This document shows positions 17,680 through 27,303 of a stretch of 64,000 nucleotides of DNA, piece after piece. A program made the translations under genes and the position numbers. Each line of letters starts with the position of its first letter. Within the stretch, counting starts at the first letter, position 1. Below the pieces are notes generated by a model that made no database searches, was not told the origin of the DNA, and saw nothing but the letters and a program-made list of their open reading frames with translations. The stretch lies in the IMG/VR virus record IMGVR_UViG_3300009314_000007, positions 43,337 through 107,336 of that record, one strand, 5' to 3'. This DNA comes from a virus.

Positions 17680-19668
17680 GTGAGTAAGAAGAAAACGACG
17701 AAGAAGAAAGTAGCCAAGGCAGCCGTGAAGACGCGAGTGCCCGGGGCTCCCAAGGCAAGGAAGCGGACCAGGGACGCGCAGAAGGGCATGACGGCGCCGA
17801 CGCTCGCCCCGCCGGACGACCGCACGCTGATGCGTGCAGGAGGGCGGTTGCCGCATGGTGGCACGGTGCCGGAGGTGCAACTGTTGCGGCCCTCCTGGAA
17901 GGATGGGCACATGATCGTGCGGCCCTTGCCGACGTGGAATCCCATGAAGCCCGGCGAGGAGCTGGACCCGATTCGGAAGAGCGCCGAGCCGAATGGTTTC
18001 CGCGATTGGATTCGGGAAGTCACGGCTGTGTCCTATTGGGGCTCGGACGACGATGCGGTCACCTTCCTGTTGTACGACAAGGAGAACAGCACGCCGGACG
18101 AGTGGAGGGTCAATCCGGCCGTCGTGTTGTTTAGGGCGGTCAACGCGATAGCGAATCCGCAGAAGCCCACTTCGCAGTCGAAGTACATCGCGAAGTGGGC
18201 GAAGCTGATTGTGGGCAGCAAGAGGCTCATCAGCCCGCCCACGTCGTTGCTGTTCATGGGTGGCCTGGTGTTCAAGCGGGGCAACGACGTGTACTTCGGC
18301 AAGGACGCCCTGCGCGTGCCGGTGGGTTTGGCAGACGACGACGCCCCGCCGATCATCCAGCTCAAGGGCTCGCCTCGTTTCAAGGGTTCCTTGGTGTATC
18401 GTGTCAAGGAGGCCCTCAACGCACTCAATCCCGAGTGGGAGGGGGACCTGAGCGACTGGGAGAACTCGATGCTCCATGGCGACGTGGTGGCTCCGGAGCA
18501 CGGGCGATTCCTGACCATTTACAACCCGAAGGCCGAGGGTTTTCTGGCGAAGTCCGACGGGGACGACGACGATGACGACGGCGAATTCGGTGTGGGTGGT
18601 CAGGGTGATGGTTCGCGAGGCAAGAAGGACGACGCCGAGGATATTCAGGGCTACCAGGTTCGTGTGGACAGGCACCTCCACCGCAACGGCAAGCTGCTGA
18701 AGAAGACGGCGACACTGGAGGACTCGTCCAAGGGTCCGTTCTTGACCACGGCGAAGCGGCAGATCGTTTTCCTGGACGATATTCTGTACTTCCCGAGTGT
18801 CGAGGAGCAGTGCTTGCTGATCGCCAGGGCCCTGCGGCATTATCGGGAGCTGGTCGAACTTGGTTGGCAGCGACACCCGGAGTTTCTCACCGACGAGGTG
18901 CGGGCGGTGTTGGCCGACGCTACGCAGGCTGCGGTTGGTGGGGACGTTCCGGAAGACGAGGAGGGCGACGACGAGGCGTTGGACGAAAGCCTGACTCCGG
19001 GTAGCCGCGAGCGCCGACGTTCTGCCGGGGTCCCCGCGGCTGAAGTCGAAGAGGCCGAAGCCGAGGAGGGCGACGACGAGTACGAGACGGTCGAAGAGAT
19101 CGACGCCGAGGGCGAAGACGAGGCCGAAGTCGCCGAGGGTGAGGAGGGCGACGAGCTTGAAGAGGACGAAGAGTACGAGGTGGTGGAAGTCGAGGAGGAG
19201 GTCGAAGTCGCCGAGGGTGAGGAGGGCGACGACGAGGAGGGCGAGGAGGCTGAAGCCGAAGACGAGGAGGTCGAAGCCGAGGCTGAGGAAGGCGACGACG
19301 AGTACGAGTTCGAGGAGGTCGAAGTCGATGAGGAGGACGAGGCTGCGGAGGAGGGAGAGGACGCTTCCGACGAATACGAGGACCCCTCTGATGTAGACGA
19401 CGAGGAGTACGAGGAGGTGTCGGAAGAGGAGCCCGAAGCGGAGGCTGAGGAGCCCGATCCGGACGAAGAGAACTTCCAGGAGCTTGCTGAGCAGGCGGAA
19501 GCGAGATCGGCTGCTCGTAAGGCCCCGGCGGCGAAGAAAAAGGGCGCGCCGAAGAAGAAGAAGGCCGCATCGAAGGCCACATCGGAGGCCGCACCGAAAA
19601 AGAAGGTGGTCAAGAAGAAGGTGGTCAAGAAGGCTCCTCCGAGCCGCAAGAAGAAGAAGAGCAGCTAG
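17680..19668 (+). CDS. putative ssDNA-binding/recombination mediator protein with long acidic disordered region and Lys-rich termini
   Basis: GGAGG RBS + GTG; lies between polymerase and RecA; globular core followed by >150-aa Glu/Asp tract and H1-like tail; SSB role inferred from position. Confidence 0.55.
   Translation: MSKKKTTKKKVAKAAVKTRVPGAPKARKRTRDAQKGMTAPTLAPPDDRTLMRAGGRLPHGGTVPEVQLLRPSWKDGHMIVRPLPTWNPMKPGEELDPIRKSAEPNGFRDWIREVTAVSYWGSDDDAVTFLLYDKENSTPDEWRVNPAVVLFRAVNAIANPQKPTSQSKYIAKWAKLIVGSKRLISPPTSLLFMGGLVFKRGNDVYFGKDALRVPVGLADDDAPPIIQLKGSPRFKGSLVYRVKEALNALNPEWEGDLSDWENSMLHGDVVAPEHGRFLTIYNPKAEGFLAKSDGDDDDDDGEFGVGGQGDGSRGKKDDAEDIQGYQVRVDRHLHRNGKLLKKTATLEDSSKGPFLTTAKRQIVFLDDILYFPSVEEQCLLIARALRHYRELVELGWQRHPEFLTDEVRAVLADATQAAVGGDVPEDEEGDDEALDESLTPGSRERRRSAGVPAAEVEEAEAEEGDDEYETVEEIDAEGEDEAEVAEGEEGDELEEDEEYEVVEVEEEVEVAEGEEGDDEEGEEAEAEDEEVEAEAEEGDDEYEFEEVEVDEEDEAAEEGEDASDEYEDPSDVDDEEYEEVSEEEPEAEAEEPDPDEENFQELAEQAEARSAARKAPAAKKKGAPKKKKAASKATSEAAPKKKVVKKKVVKKAPPSRKKKKSS
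19126..19231 (+). repeat. acidic-tract DNA segment shared with 38944-39043
   Basis: gaagtcgccgagg..gaggagggcgacgagcttgaagaggacgaagagtacgagg and gtcgaggaggaggtcgaagtcgccgagggtgaggagggcgacg occur in both places. Confidence 0.85.
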
Positions 19669-19714
19669 AGGAAGCGCAGCTAGAGTTACTATCCCGCTTG
19701 GTTGTCCGCTCCAC

Positions 19715-19751
19715 GCCCGCCCCGGTCACACGGGGCGGGCTGGGGTCTTTT
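19715..19751 (+). terminator. GC-rich hairpin, possible terminator/processing site
   Basis: GCCCGCCCCG/CGGGGCGGGC 10-bp stem; only a short, displaced T run. Confidence 0.5.
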
Positions 19752-19764
19752 CCAGGAGATGCAC

Positions 19765-21210
19765 ATGGCTAAAGCTAGAGAAGCGCCGAAGGCACGACCT
19801 CGACGCGAACCCGCGGCCGATTCCCCCGGGGAGGCACCACGGCCCCCGGCCGCTGTGAAGAAGAAGGTGGTGAAGAAGAAGGTGGTTCGTAAGGTTGCCA
19901 AGAAAAAGAAGAGAAAGACCAAGGCCCAGGTGTTCAAGGAGGCCTGGCAGCCCGAGCGGGTTGAGCAAAGCGCTGGCGCCTACGTCGATGCGATCATGGA
20001 TCGGCTACAGAAGGAGAAGGGCGACCCGGACATCGTGATGGTCGGTAGCGACGACACCGTGGACGTGGGCATTCCATTTCCCTCGTTCTGTCTGGAGTAT
20101 CTGTTTGGCATATCCGTGTATCCTTTGGGGCGCATAGTGATGGTGGTAGGTCCCGAGGCGTCCTTGAAGAGCGGGTTCGTGTTCGAGATCACGAGGTGGT
20201 TCAAGGAAAGTTCTGGGCACGCCTTTACACTGGAACACGAGTCCAAGTTCTCGAAGACGCACGCGCAGTCCATTATTGGGCACGAGTACAAGCGAGCTAC
20301 CGGTCTCGTGTGGTGCGACTCCATTGATGACTGGCAAGACAACATGCAGGCGATCTTTTCCGACATCAAGCTCAAGATGATCGGGACCAAGACCAATAGG
20401 GGTTCAGGTATGGTCTTCCCGGTTCACATGACCGTGGACTCGATCATGGGCAAGTCCCTGAGGGAGTCGCAGGATCGAATTGAGAAGAAAGGGCACGCTG
20501 GGCGGGATCACCCTGTTGAGGCTCAGAGCATCACCAAGTTCATGCGAAAGATCCCGCAAGATATTCGTCGGTGGCCTTTCGCGATCACCATGGTGAATCA
20601 TCTCAAGGCGAAAAAGACTGAGCAGGGTTTTCTGATTCGCGACAAGGCAGGTGGTAAGGGTCTGGATTTCCAGGAGACCTTCGAGATCGAGATGGCAAGG
20701 GTCACGCGGTCGAAGCTGAAGGACTACGAGGTGCTCCGTTTGCGGATGAGGTGTGCCAAGAGTAGCCTGGGTATCGACCAGCGGAGCATTCTTGCGGACG
20801 TGCTATTCTGGGACGAGCCGGAGGACGCGGAGAATCCGGAGGGATCTTGGCACCAGAAAACAGTGTTCAATTGGCATGGGGCCACTATTGACTTGTTGCT
20901 GGGGATGGAGGGCCCGGAGCGCAAGCGGTGGTCGGGAGACAGAGAAGTGGATGATCCAGGTGTGCTTGATTTGCACAGGCACGATCTAGGCAACAAGGGC
21001 AAGGGTGTCTGGTCCAGGACACTGGGGATTCCCGAGACAGACCCGGTTCCGTTCGCAGAAGCGGGGGCGATCCTGTCCGACAATGTTGAGGTGATGACGG
21101 CTCTTCGGCATCGCTTTGGCATCAAGATCTTCCGCGAGTTTGAGCCGGGCACGGACTATCGTGAAACGCGGGGTACCACCAAGAAGAAAATCCGGGAGAA
21201 GCTGCGATGA
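19765..21210 (+). CDS. recA: RecA/UvsX-like recombinase, divergent, with Lys-rich N-terminal extension
   Basis: YPLGRIVMVVGPEASLKS, EHE, TVDSI, VNHLK, AGGKGLDF. Confidence 0.85.
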   Translation: MAKAREAPKARPRREPAADSPGEAPRPPAAVKKKVVKKKVVRKVAKKKKRKTKAQVFKEAWQPERVEQSAGAYVDAIMDRLQKEKGDPDIVMVGSDDTVDVGIPFPSFCLEYLFGISVYPLGRIVMVVGPEASLKSGFVFEITRWFKESSGHAFTLEHESKFSKTHAQSIIGHEYKRATGLVWCDSIDDWQDNMQAIFSDIKLKMIGTKTNRGSGMVFPVHMTVDSIMGKSLRESQDRIEKKGHAGRDHPVEAQSITKFMRKIPQDIRRWPFAITMVNHLKAKKTEQGFLIRDKAGGKGLDFQETFEIEMARVTRSKLKDYEVLRLRMRCAKSSLGIDQRSILADVLFWDEPEDAENPEGSWHQKTVFNWHGATIDLLLGMEGPERKRWSGDREVDDPGVLDLHRHDLGNKGKGVWSRTLGIPETDPVPFAEAGAILSDNVEVMTALRHRFGIKIFREFEPGTDYRETRGTTKKKIREKLR

Positions 21211-21812
21211 CCACTCAACCTCCGTTTAGTGAGGATGACGTGCTGGGCTCCGTGGATTACACCGCGAAGGATGCCCAGAAGTACGAGGACACGGTAGTCG
21301 CACACCTGTGCAGCCGTTATGGGCTGGGGCCGGGTGTGCGGCAGAGATTGCGGCAGCGGGGCGACGGTGTCCTCAGGCTGCGGATGTTCCATGACGAGTT
21401 CCCCACGTTCCCGATGATCCTGGCCGCACATCGCTGGCGAAAGGTTCATCTGGGATGTCGAGTGGTAGACCTGTTTAGCAATTTCCCGACTCGTAAGTTC
21501 GTGGAGGAGTGGCGGCGGGCGTGCCTGGCGCATGGGGGCGGGATTGACGGCCACTTCGGATTAGTGTTTCATTGGCCTTATCTGCGGGGACAATTGTTAC
21601 CCAGTGAGGACGGGGGGAGGGCCAAGCGGGAGCCCGGTGGCGGTGTTGGGCTGGTTCTTCGCAAAGGGGCTCCCAACCGGCACGTTCCCGGGGTTCGTGT
21701 GGTTTGTATTTCGCCTGGTAACAGCAGCGAGCAGTTCGTGCTGGAGCCACTCTCCGTGCTGCTCAATGAAATCGACTTCGATTGTGGTGGGATGTGGTGC
21801 CCGAATGTCTGA
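21207..21812 (+). CDS. hypothetical protein
   Basis: ATGA-coupled to recA. Confidence 0.65.
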   Translation: MTTQPPFSEDDVLGSVDYTAKDAQKYEDTVVAHLCSRYGLGPGVRQRLRQRGDGVLRLRMFHDEFPTFPMILAAHRWRKVHLGCRVVDLFSNFPTRKFVEEWRRACLAHGGGIDGHFGLVFHWPYLRGQLLPSEDGGRAKREPGGGVGLVLRKGAPNRHVPGVRVVCISPGNSSEQFVLEPLSVLLNEIDFDCGGMWCPNV

Positions 21813-22254
21813 GAAGCGTAAATGGTTCAATTCTTCCCCTCCGAGTCACATGGAGGAGGTTGTCCTGCACAGCGCCGCGGGCGTCTCCGCTACTGGTTGT
21901 CGGGAGTTCCTGGTTCTCTGCGAGCACTTGTTCGAGCGGAAACGGATTTCCGACAAGACCCACCGGTTACTCACGTCGTTGGGGCGACAGCAGCCAGCTC
22001 GGAGGCTTGCTCGTAATCTCTCGACGGTGTTGCAGAGACTGGCGGACGGTGCTACAGGTTCCGTGATTCCAGAGGGGATCACAGATCGGGAACTCAAAGC
22101 ACTGGTGGAGCTTCAGCGGGTGAATGTGAGTTGGGAGATGCGGGCTGTCGCGCAGGGCCTGCTCAACTTGCACGAGCGGCAGCAGCTTTTGCAAAGTGCG
22201 TCCGTCATGTTTCGAGAGGAACGTGCAAGACCATGGGATCTGGAAGATGAGTGA
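21805..22254 (+). CDS. hypothetical protein
   Basis: Coupled ORF in operon. Confidence 0.6.
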   Translation: MSEKRKWFNSSPPSHMEEVVLHSAAGVSATGCREFLVLCEHLFERKRISDKTHRLLTSLGRQQPARRLARNLSTVLQRLADGATGSVIPEGITDRELKALVELQRVNVSWEMRAVAQGLLNLHERQQLLQSASVMFREERARPWDLEDE

Positions 22255-23437
22255 AGCCGACGCTATCATCGCCGTGCCGCCGAAGTGCTATCGTTTTTCC
22301 GAGCGAGAGGAGGGAAGGGACGCGGCCGAGTTGGAGCGTATCTTGCGAGCGCAGGACGCCACGGAGCCTGTGGAGATCAACAAGCCCAAGGATGCGATGC
22401 TAGACAGCACTGGGCGGGTGCAGCGGCGGTTTCGGTTCACCACGACGGGTCTTAGCCAGTTGTGCTCGGCGCTCGCGCCGGGGCTGGCTCAGCTTGCGAG
22501 TAACGTGGCGGGACTTCGCAGGAAGGACACCGAGACCGACGAGTGGAAGGTGTACGATCCAGCCCTGGCGATTCATCAGATTAACGATCTGATTCGGTTG
22601 CGATTCAAAGAGCGGCTAGAGGGTCATGGGCTCATAATGGATCGCAGAAGTCTCAGCGTCGAGGGGGTCGTGGGGCCTCGCTATAAGTTCCTGTCCAACC
22701 TGGAGCTGTTTGAGCAGGCCAGGGAATTCGCACGGGAGCAGGAATCCATGCCGCGGTTCTTCGAGGCGACCCTGGAGGGTCGCCGGGTGGTGATTCGGTA
22801 TCGAGACGCCGAGAGGCTGTTCTCGCTACCCGCGGCTCAGCAGAAACGCGAGCCGTTTTATCGGGGGTGGCATTTCTCCAATTCCGAGATTGGCGATTGC
22901 TCGATACGGACGGGGATGCTGATTGTCCGGCAGTGGCGGCGAACCTCGTCGCTGCTGGACATCGGCCGGTTGGTGCATTTGAAGGGCGGGGAGTTTGGTC
23001 CAAAGATTGGGGAGTTATTCCAGAAACTTCGGGTACAGGCCAACGCCGAGGCGCAGGAGAACGATTACGAGAGCCTGGCGGCGGATATGCAGGCAGAATC
23101 TCTGCAACTAGGCGGAGATCCTGTGGCACACGTGCGGCGAGCGCAGAGCCTGGTTGGGCGGCTGTCTCGGGGACGACTGTCGAAGATCGCAGCGAAGCGG
23201 GCGGTCAATCACGCTCTCGCAAACGGGAGTTATCGGGGCGACCGGGTTGAAGGGGGCCGCGTTCCGACGTACGATGCCCCTGATGAGGATCTCTTGGGTG
23301 TTTTTCGTCAGCGCAATGTGTACGATCTGTACAACGCGCTGACGACGATTGCTCGGGAGTCGCCTCCCGAGCAGCAAGAGGTGGCAGAAGAGCAAGCGTA
23401 TCGTATACTTGTCCAACGTTTTCGATTACACAATTAG
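22247..23437 (+). CDS. DUF932-like phage protein
   Basis: GVVGPRYKFLSN..., FSNSEIG.CSIR, NVYDLYNALT pattern. Confidence 0.6.
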   Translation: MSEADAIIAVPPKCYRFSEREEGRDAAELERILRAQDATEPVEINKPKDAMLDSTGRVQRRFRFTTTGLSQLCSALAPGLAQLASNVAGLRRKDTETDEWKVYDPALAIHQINDLIRLRFKERLEGHGLIMDRRSLSVEGVVGPRYKFLSNLELFEQAREFAREQESMPRFFEATLEGRRVVIRYRDAERLFSLPAAQQKREPFYRGWHFSNSEIGDCSIRTGMLIVRQWRRTSSLLDIGRLVHLKGGEFGPKIGELFQKLRVQANAEAQENDYESLAADMQAESLQLGGDPVAHVRRAQSLVGRLSRGRLSKIAAKRAVNHALANGSYRGDRVEGGRVPTYDAPDEDLLGVFRQRNVYDLYNALTTIARESPPEQQEVAEEQAYRILVQRFRLHN

Positions 23438-23453
23438 GAAGGAAGAAACCCCA

Positions 23454-24428
23454 ATGGCGAAGTCAACAATCGCTTTGACCACGGAACAGAAGAAGCTGTT
23501 CCAGATGATGCCGAAGCCACTTCAGGCTATGGCTGCGAAGATGAAGAGGGCTACTGACGAGATTGTCAGCCACGAGGTGCTCGGCAAGTACGGGCTCGGC
23601 GAAGAGGTCCGGCGCGTGACCAACAACGAGCGCAAATACGGCGAGGCCGCGGTGCCCACACTGGCCGCGTTTTTGGGCGAGCACCCCAACGTGCTTTGGG
23701 ATTGCCAGCGGTTCTGCAACGCTTACACTCGCACGGAAGTCGAGCGGATGATCAGGCGAGTGGGCGCAGGCGGCCAGCGGATCACTTTTGGGCACCTGAG
23801 AGTGCTTTCCGGGTTGGAGGGCACCGACGCCCTGAAAAAGCGGGTCAGGCTGGAAAAGGCCATTTTGGAGGAGGGGCTTTCGGTTCGCGCGTTGGAGAAG
23901 GCCGTCCAGGCGATACTCGGCTCGCGCACCACGAGTGCTACTCCAGGGCGCAACGTTCGCGTGGCCAAGGATGTGTTGTCGGGTCTTGCCGACATGACCA
24001 CCAACACCAAGAAGCTCGTCAACCGAGTGCCGTCCTGGGAGAAGGGCGTGTTCGTCCGCGTGGCTGCGGGCGACGGCGTGACTAAGAAGACGGTTACGCA
24101 GCTCGAAGCGTCGAAGAAGGTCATGGACGATTCCATCGCGAAGCTCGAAGGTGTGTCCTCGCAACTAGACAAGGCGATCTCCCAGGCAAAGAAGGAGCTT
24201 GCGAAGCCTAATCGACCCGCACCGGCCAAGAAGAAGACGGCTCCGAAGAAGAAGGTCGTGAAGAAGAAGGTCGTGAAGAAGGCGAAGAAGAAGACGACCA
24301 AGAAGAAGAAGGACCCGAAGAAGGCGGCCAAAAAGAAAGTCGTGAAGGCGAAGAAGAAGGTCAAGAAGAAGCGCACGAGCGCTACCGACCGGATTCAGGC
24401 CGCGAGGCGGAAGCGACGACCGGCGTGA
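23454..24428 (+). CDS. ParB/DUF1016-N-like helical DNA-binding protein with histone H1-like Lys-rich tail
   Basis: YGEAAVPTLAAFLG (HTH-like), ITFGHLRVL, EEGLSVRALEKAV (Spo0J DBD-like); coiled coil; about 70-aa K/A/V tail; AGGAAGG RBS. Confidence 0.65.
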   Translation: MAKSTIALTTEQKKLFQMMPKPLQAMAAKMKRATDEIVSHEVLGKYGLGEEVRRVTNNERKYGEAAVPTLAAFLGEHPNVLWDCQRFCNAYTRTEVERMIRRVGAGGQRITFGHLRVLSGLEGTDALKKRVRLEKAILEEGLSVRALEKAVQAILGSRTTSATPGRNVRVAKDVLSGLADMTTNTKKLVNRVPSWEKGVFVRVAAGDGVTKKTVTQLEASKKVMDDSIAKLEGVSSQLDKAISQAKKELAKPNRPAPAKKKTAPKKKVVKKKVVKKAKKKTTKKKKDPKKAAKKKVVKAKKKVKKKRTSATDRIQAARRKRRPA

Positions 24429-24439
24429 CGTGTTGCGTT

Positions 24440-24526
24440 GGCCCCACCACGTGAGATCGCCCTGATCGAAGTTGAGTGCTCTATTTGAGACTGCTTCGAT
24501 CCCGACCTGGCACTCCAGTGGGGACC
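24440..24526. other. structured intergenic element (candidate ncRNA)
   Basis: CCCCAC/GTGGGG encloses GATCGAAG(24464-71)/CTTCGATC(24494-501) and CTGG/CCAG stems. Confidence 0.35.
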
Positions 24527-24637
24527 CCTTTAGGCAGAAAGGCTCGCAGGGTTTGCGGCGGGTCTGGGTGTGGACGGAAAATGCCGAATCTACCAGGGAC
24601 GCTGGCCCGGCTAGGTGTATTAAGCCCGATCTTACCA

Positions 24638-25462
24638 ATGGCGAAATCCACACAACGCATCACGATTTCCGCTCTCTTCTACGGGGATTACCCGCAGCTT
24701 GCCGAACGCTGTCTTGGCACGCTTGCGGGTTCTCTCCTGGAGGGGGAGGACTACCTTCAGGACATTCGGCTGATTCTGAACGACTGTTGTCCCGAGACGT
24801 ACTGCTTCGCGACAGACTGGGCCACACGAGTGCAGGATCTGCATGGGGTGCCAGTTATTCGCTACGTTACGGAGGAAAACCAGTGTAAGTATCCGCTCAT
24901 GCGGAGAATCTGGTGGGACGATCCCCAGAAGCCCGCTTCCTTGCTGATGTGGTTCGACGACGATAGTTTCCTGGATCATCCCAAGCCGGGGTGGTACGCG
25001 GACATTGTCGATCAGATACAGGGTTGCGACATGCTGGGGCAGATCTGGCATCAGCCCATGCTGGGGAATCAATGGGCTTTCATTGTCCAGCAGCCGTGGT
25101 ACAATGCCCGGGCAGGTCAGCCGCCCAGGTACAAGGGCCGTCGTTGCTTTCGTTTTTGCCAGGGCTCATGGTGGGTGGCTCGTCGCGATGTTCTCCACCG
25201 GTACGATTGGCCCACCAAGGCCCTGAAGCACAATGGTGGGGATTCGCTATTTGGCGAGCTGTGTAGACAGCAGGGATTGCGACTGCGGCACTACGACCGG
25301 GGTGTGCGTCTCAACGCGGACGAGAAGGGGAGGCACTCCAAGTCACTGCGGCGAGGTCGCAGTGAACCTAATTTGGGGCGGCACTACAAACCGCAGGTGG
25401 CTCTGGATTTGAGTCACCATAACTTTAACTTGGCTAGGATGGCCGTTCCGGAAGGCTACTAG
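24638..25462 (+). CDS. GT-A fold (GT2-like) glycosyltransferase
   Basis: RLILND, KYPLMR, LMWFDDDS (DxD), GGDSLFGE. Confidence 0.75.
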   Translation: MAKSTQRITISALFYGDYPQLAERCLGTLAGSLLEGEDYLQDIRLILNDCCPETYCFATDWATRVQDLHGVPVIRYVTEENQCKYPLMRRIWWDDPQKPASLLMWFDDDSFLDHPKPGWYADIVDQIQGCDMLGQIWHQPMLGNQWAFIVQQPWYNARAGQPPRYKGRRCFRFCQGSWWVARRDVLHRYDWPTKALKHNGGDSLFGELCRQQGLRLRHYDRGVRLNADEKGRHSKSLRRGRSEPNLGRHYKPQVALDLSHHNFNLARMAVPEGY

Positions 25463-25464
25463 CC

Positions 25465-25950
25465 ATGCTCCGACCAGGTTTTCGTATTCAGGTAGAACGA
25501 TTCGATATTTCTGCGCAGTTCCGGCAGGTTGGCAGAGCGCCAGTAGCTGGGTCCGAGGAGCAGATTGGAGTCGTTGTCAAAAAAGATCTGGGCAATCCCA
25601 GTGGCCAGCGCGTGCGAGTTCGTCACGCGGCCCACACCACGGGCGATCACTGGCTGGTGTTGCAGGAGAAGCTGCCACCGGAGAATCCGGCCGACATGCG
25701 GTGGAGTCTAAGCAAGACCGACCCGCAGGTTTTTGTGCCGATGTTCGCCTATCTACTCCCGGACCCAGATCCACTGGTACTCGTTCACTTTGGAGCCCAG
25801 ACGGGGGCTCTCGCCGTGGCTTTGCTTCCAGGGAGTCAGCGGATCAAAAAGATGTTTCTTGCCATTGGTAATGTTTTGCAGCGTCCGGATGGCCAGCCCG
25901 GGTATCAGACCTGGGTTGGCTTTGCCGCGGTCGCCGAGAAAGGAGCCTAA
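25465..25950 (+). CDS. hypothetical protein
   Basis: Coupled ORF. Confidence 0.6.
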   Translation: MLRPGFRIQVERFDISAQFRQVGRAPVAGSEEQIGVVVKKDLGNPSGQRVRVRHAAHTTGDHWLVLQEKLPPENPADMRWSLSKTDPQVFVPMFAYLLPDPDPLVLVHFGAQTGALAVALLPGSQRIKKMFLAIGNVLQRPDGQPGYQTWVGFAAVAEKGA

Positions 25951-25951
25951 G

Positions 25952-26746
25952 ATGAGCAGTGCTGGTCTTATCCAGAATAGCGCTACAGCGCCACCAACCG
26001 CGCCGCCACAGCCGGTGCATCCGCATCACGAGGGGATTCCCGCGCAACCCGTGGTAGCGATGAGTCCCACACAGGCCGCCGAGCAGGCTTTCGCGCAGCC
26101 CTTGGCGCCGCAACCCGATCCGAGCAGACCCACGATAACTCCGCAGGAGGCATATCAGACGCCCGCGAATCCCGAGTCCGTGCCGCCGCATACGGAGCAG
26201 CAGCACGACACCGGGCTGGCCATGGACCAGGTGATTCGCGGGTTTGTGGACACCGTGAATCGTTGGGAGATCATCAATTCGGCCTATCGTGGTATCCAGG
26301 AATCCGTGACAGGCAAGCGGCAGCCACCTGTCGTGAGCTTCCCCACTGGGGTGCATAACGACGAAGGGGACCCGGAGATCTGCGAGATTGATCTGAACGC
26401 CGTGATCCCGACAGGCATCCCGGAAGAGCAGCGAGTGCAGAAGCTGCGGGAGATGCTCACACCTTGGAACAACTATCTGGTGAAGGAGTGGCAGCGGCTG
26501 TGGATGAAGCTCATGTTCTTCGCGATGCAAGGTGCCGCGAGTCTCGATCCTGAGCATCTCCTGCAAGAGGCGGCGAAGGTCATGCTCCGCAGTCCGGATC
26601 GGCTGCTCGACCTGGCTACGCGGTTGAGCGAGAACATGCGGGCGGTTGCCGAGCAGCCACCAGCACCTCCCGCGCAGCCGCCCGCACCTCCGACTGCGCC
26701 TCCAACGGCGGTTGGTTCCTCGCAGCTCCCCGCGGTGCCACAATGA
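25952..26746 (+). CDS. Pro/Gln-rich hypothetical protein
   Basis: AAGGAG RBS; low-complexity termini. Confidence 0.65.
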   Translation: MSSAGLIQNSATAPPTAPPQPVHPHHEGIPAQPVVAMSPTQAAEQAFAQPLAPQPDPSRPTITPQEAYQTPANPESVPPHTEQQHDTGLAMDQVIRGFVDTVNRWEIINSAYRGIQESVTGKRQPPVVSFPTGVHNDEGDPEICEIDLNAVIPTGIPEEQRVQKLREMLTPWNNYLVKEWQRLWMKLMFFAMQGAASLDPEHLLQEAAKVMLRSPDRLLDLATRLSENMRAVAEQPPAPPAQPPAPPTAPPTAVGSSQLPAVPQ

Positions 26747-27303
26747 GCGAGTCCAATAACGTTATTGCGAATCCCGAGGACACTAATCCTCGGGACGGAT
26801 GGAGGGTCAAGGAGTTCGAGGCGTCCATGGACGATTCGATCTCGTTGTGGCTGGAGTTCGTGCAGGACGGCGTTCCGCGGGAGGAGCATAGTTTCTGCTT
26901 GCGGAGATGGCTGCAAGACACCAGCATCAATTCCGGCCAGCGGGAGCGGTTGCGGGCCGTGGTGACGGCGATTGCTCGGTATGCGAATCTGGGCGGGCCA
27001 CTGTCGGCCCTGGATGACGTTGTCCGCAGGATGGAGGACACCGGCCTGGTGATTGACTGGGCGGGCTGGAGCGTGCTGGACACGCATCAAGAGCCGGATG
27101 ATGTGATTCACTACCTGGTCAACGGGGCTGGGGAGGTGTTGGTGTGGGCCGAAGACTCGTATTTCGAGCTGACGACGTTGGACGAGTTGAATCAGGATTT
27201 GTTGCATGAGAGCGAGGACGTACCCAATAGGGAAGATCCTCCACCTGAAGGGCCAGATCCTATCGGACCCGGAGGTGGAGTGCTTCCTGGACCAAGAGAT
27301 TAA
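26743..27303 (+). CDS. acidic hypothetical protein
   Basis: ATGA overlap. Confidence 0.65.
   Translation: MSESNNVIANPEDTNPRDGWRVKEFEASMDDSISLWLEFVQDGVPREEHSFCLRRWLQDTSINSGQRERLRAVVTAIARYANLGGPLSALDDVVRRMEDTGLVIDWAGWSVLDTHQEPDDVIHYLVNGAGEVLVWAEDSYFELTTLDELNQDLLHESEDVPNREDPPPEGPDPIGPGGGVLPGPRD
26754..26767. repeat. dispersed palindrome copy 3 (CAATAACGTTATTG), inside 5' end of CDS
   Basis: Perfect copy. Confidence 0.9.

Noticed and set aside
18955-19490. Glu-rich repeats as a non-coding repeat array
   Set aside because: In-frame low-complexity coding sequence with no unique spacers
11281-21210. Inteins or introns in helicase, polymerase or RecA
   Set aside because: Motifs are contiguous; no intein splice-junction motifs or LAGLIDADG blocks seen
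24460-24545. Hammerhead ribozyme or tRNA
   Set aside because: CTGATCGA does not match the CUGANGA core with correctly placed GAAA; the TTCGATCCC T-loop-like word has no cloverleaf around it
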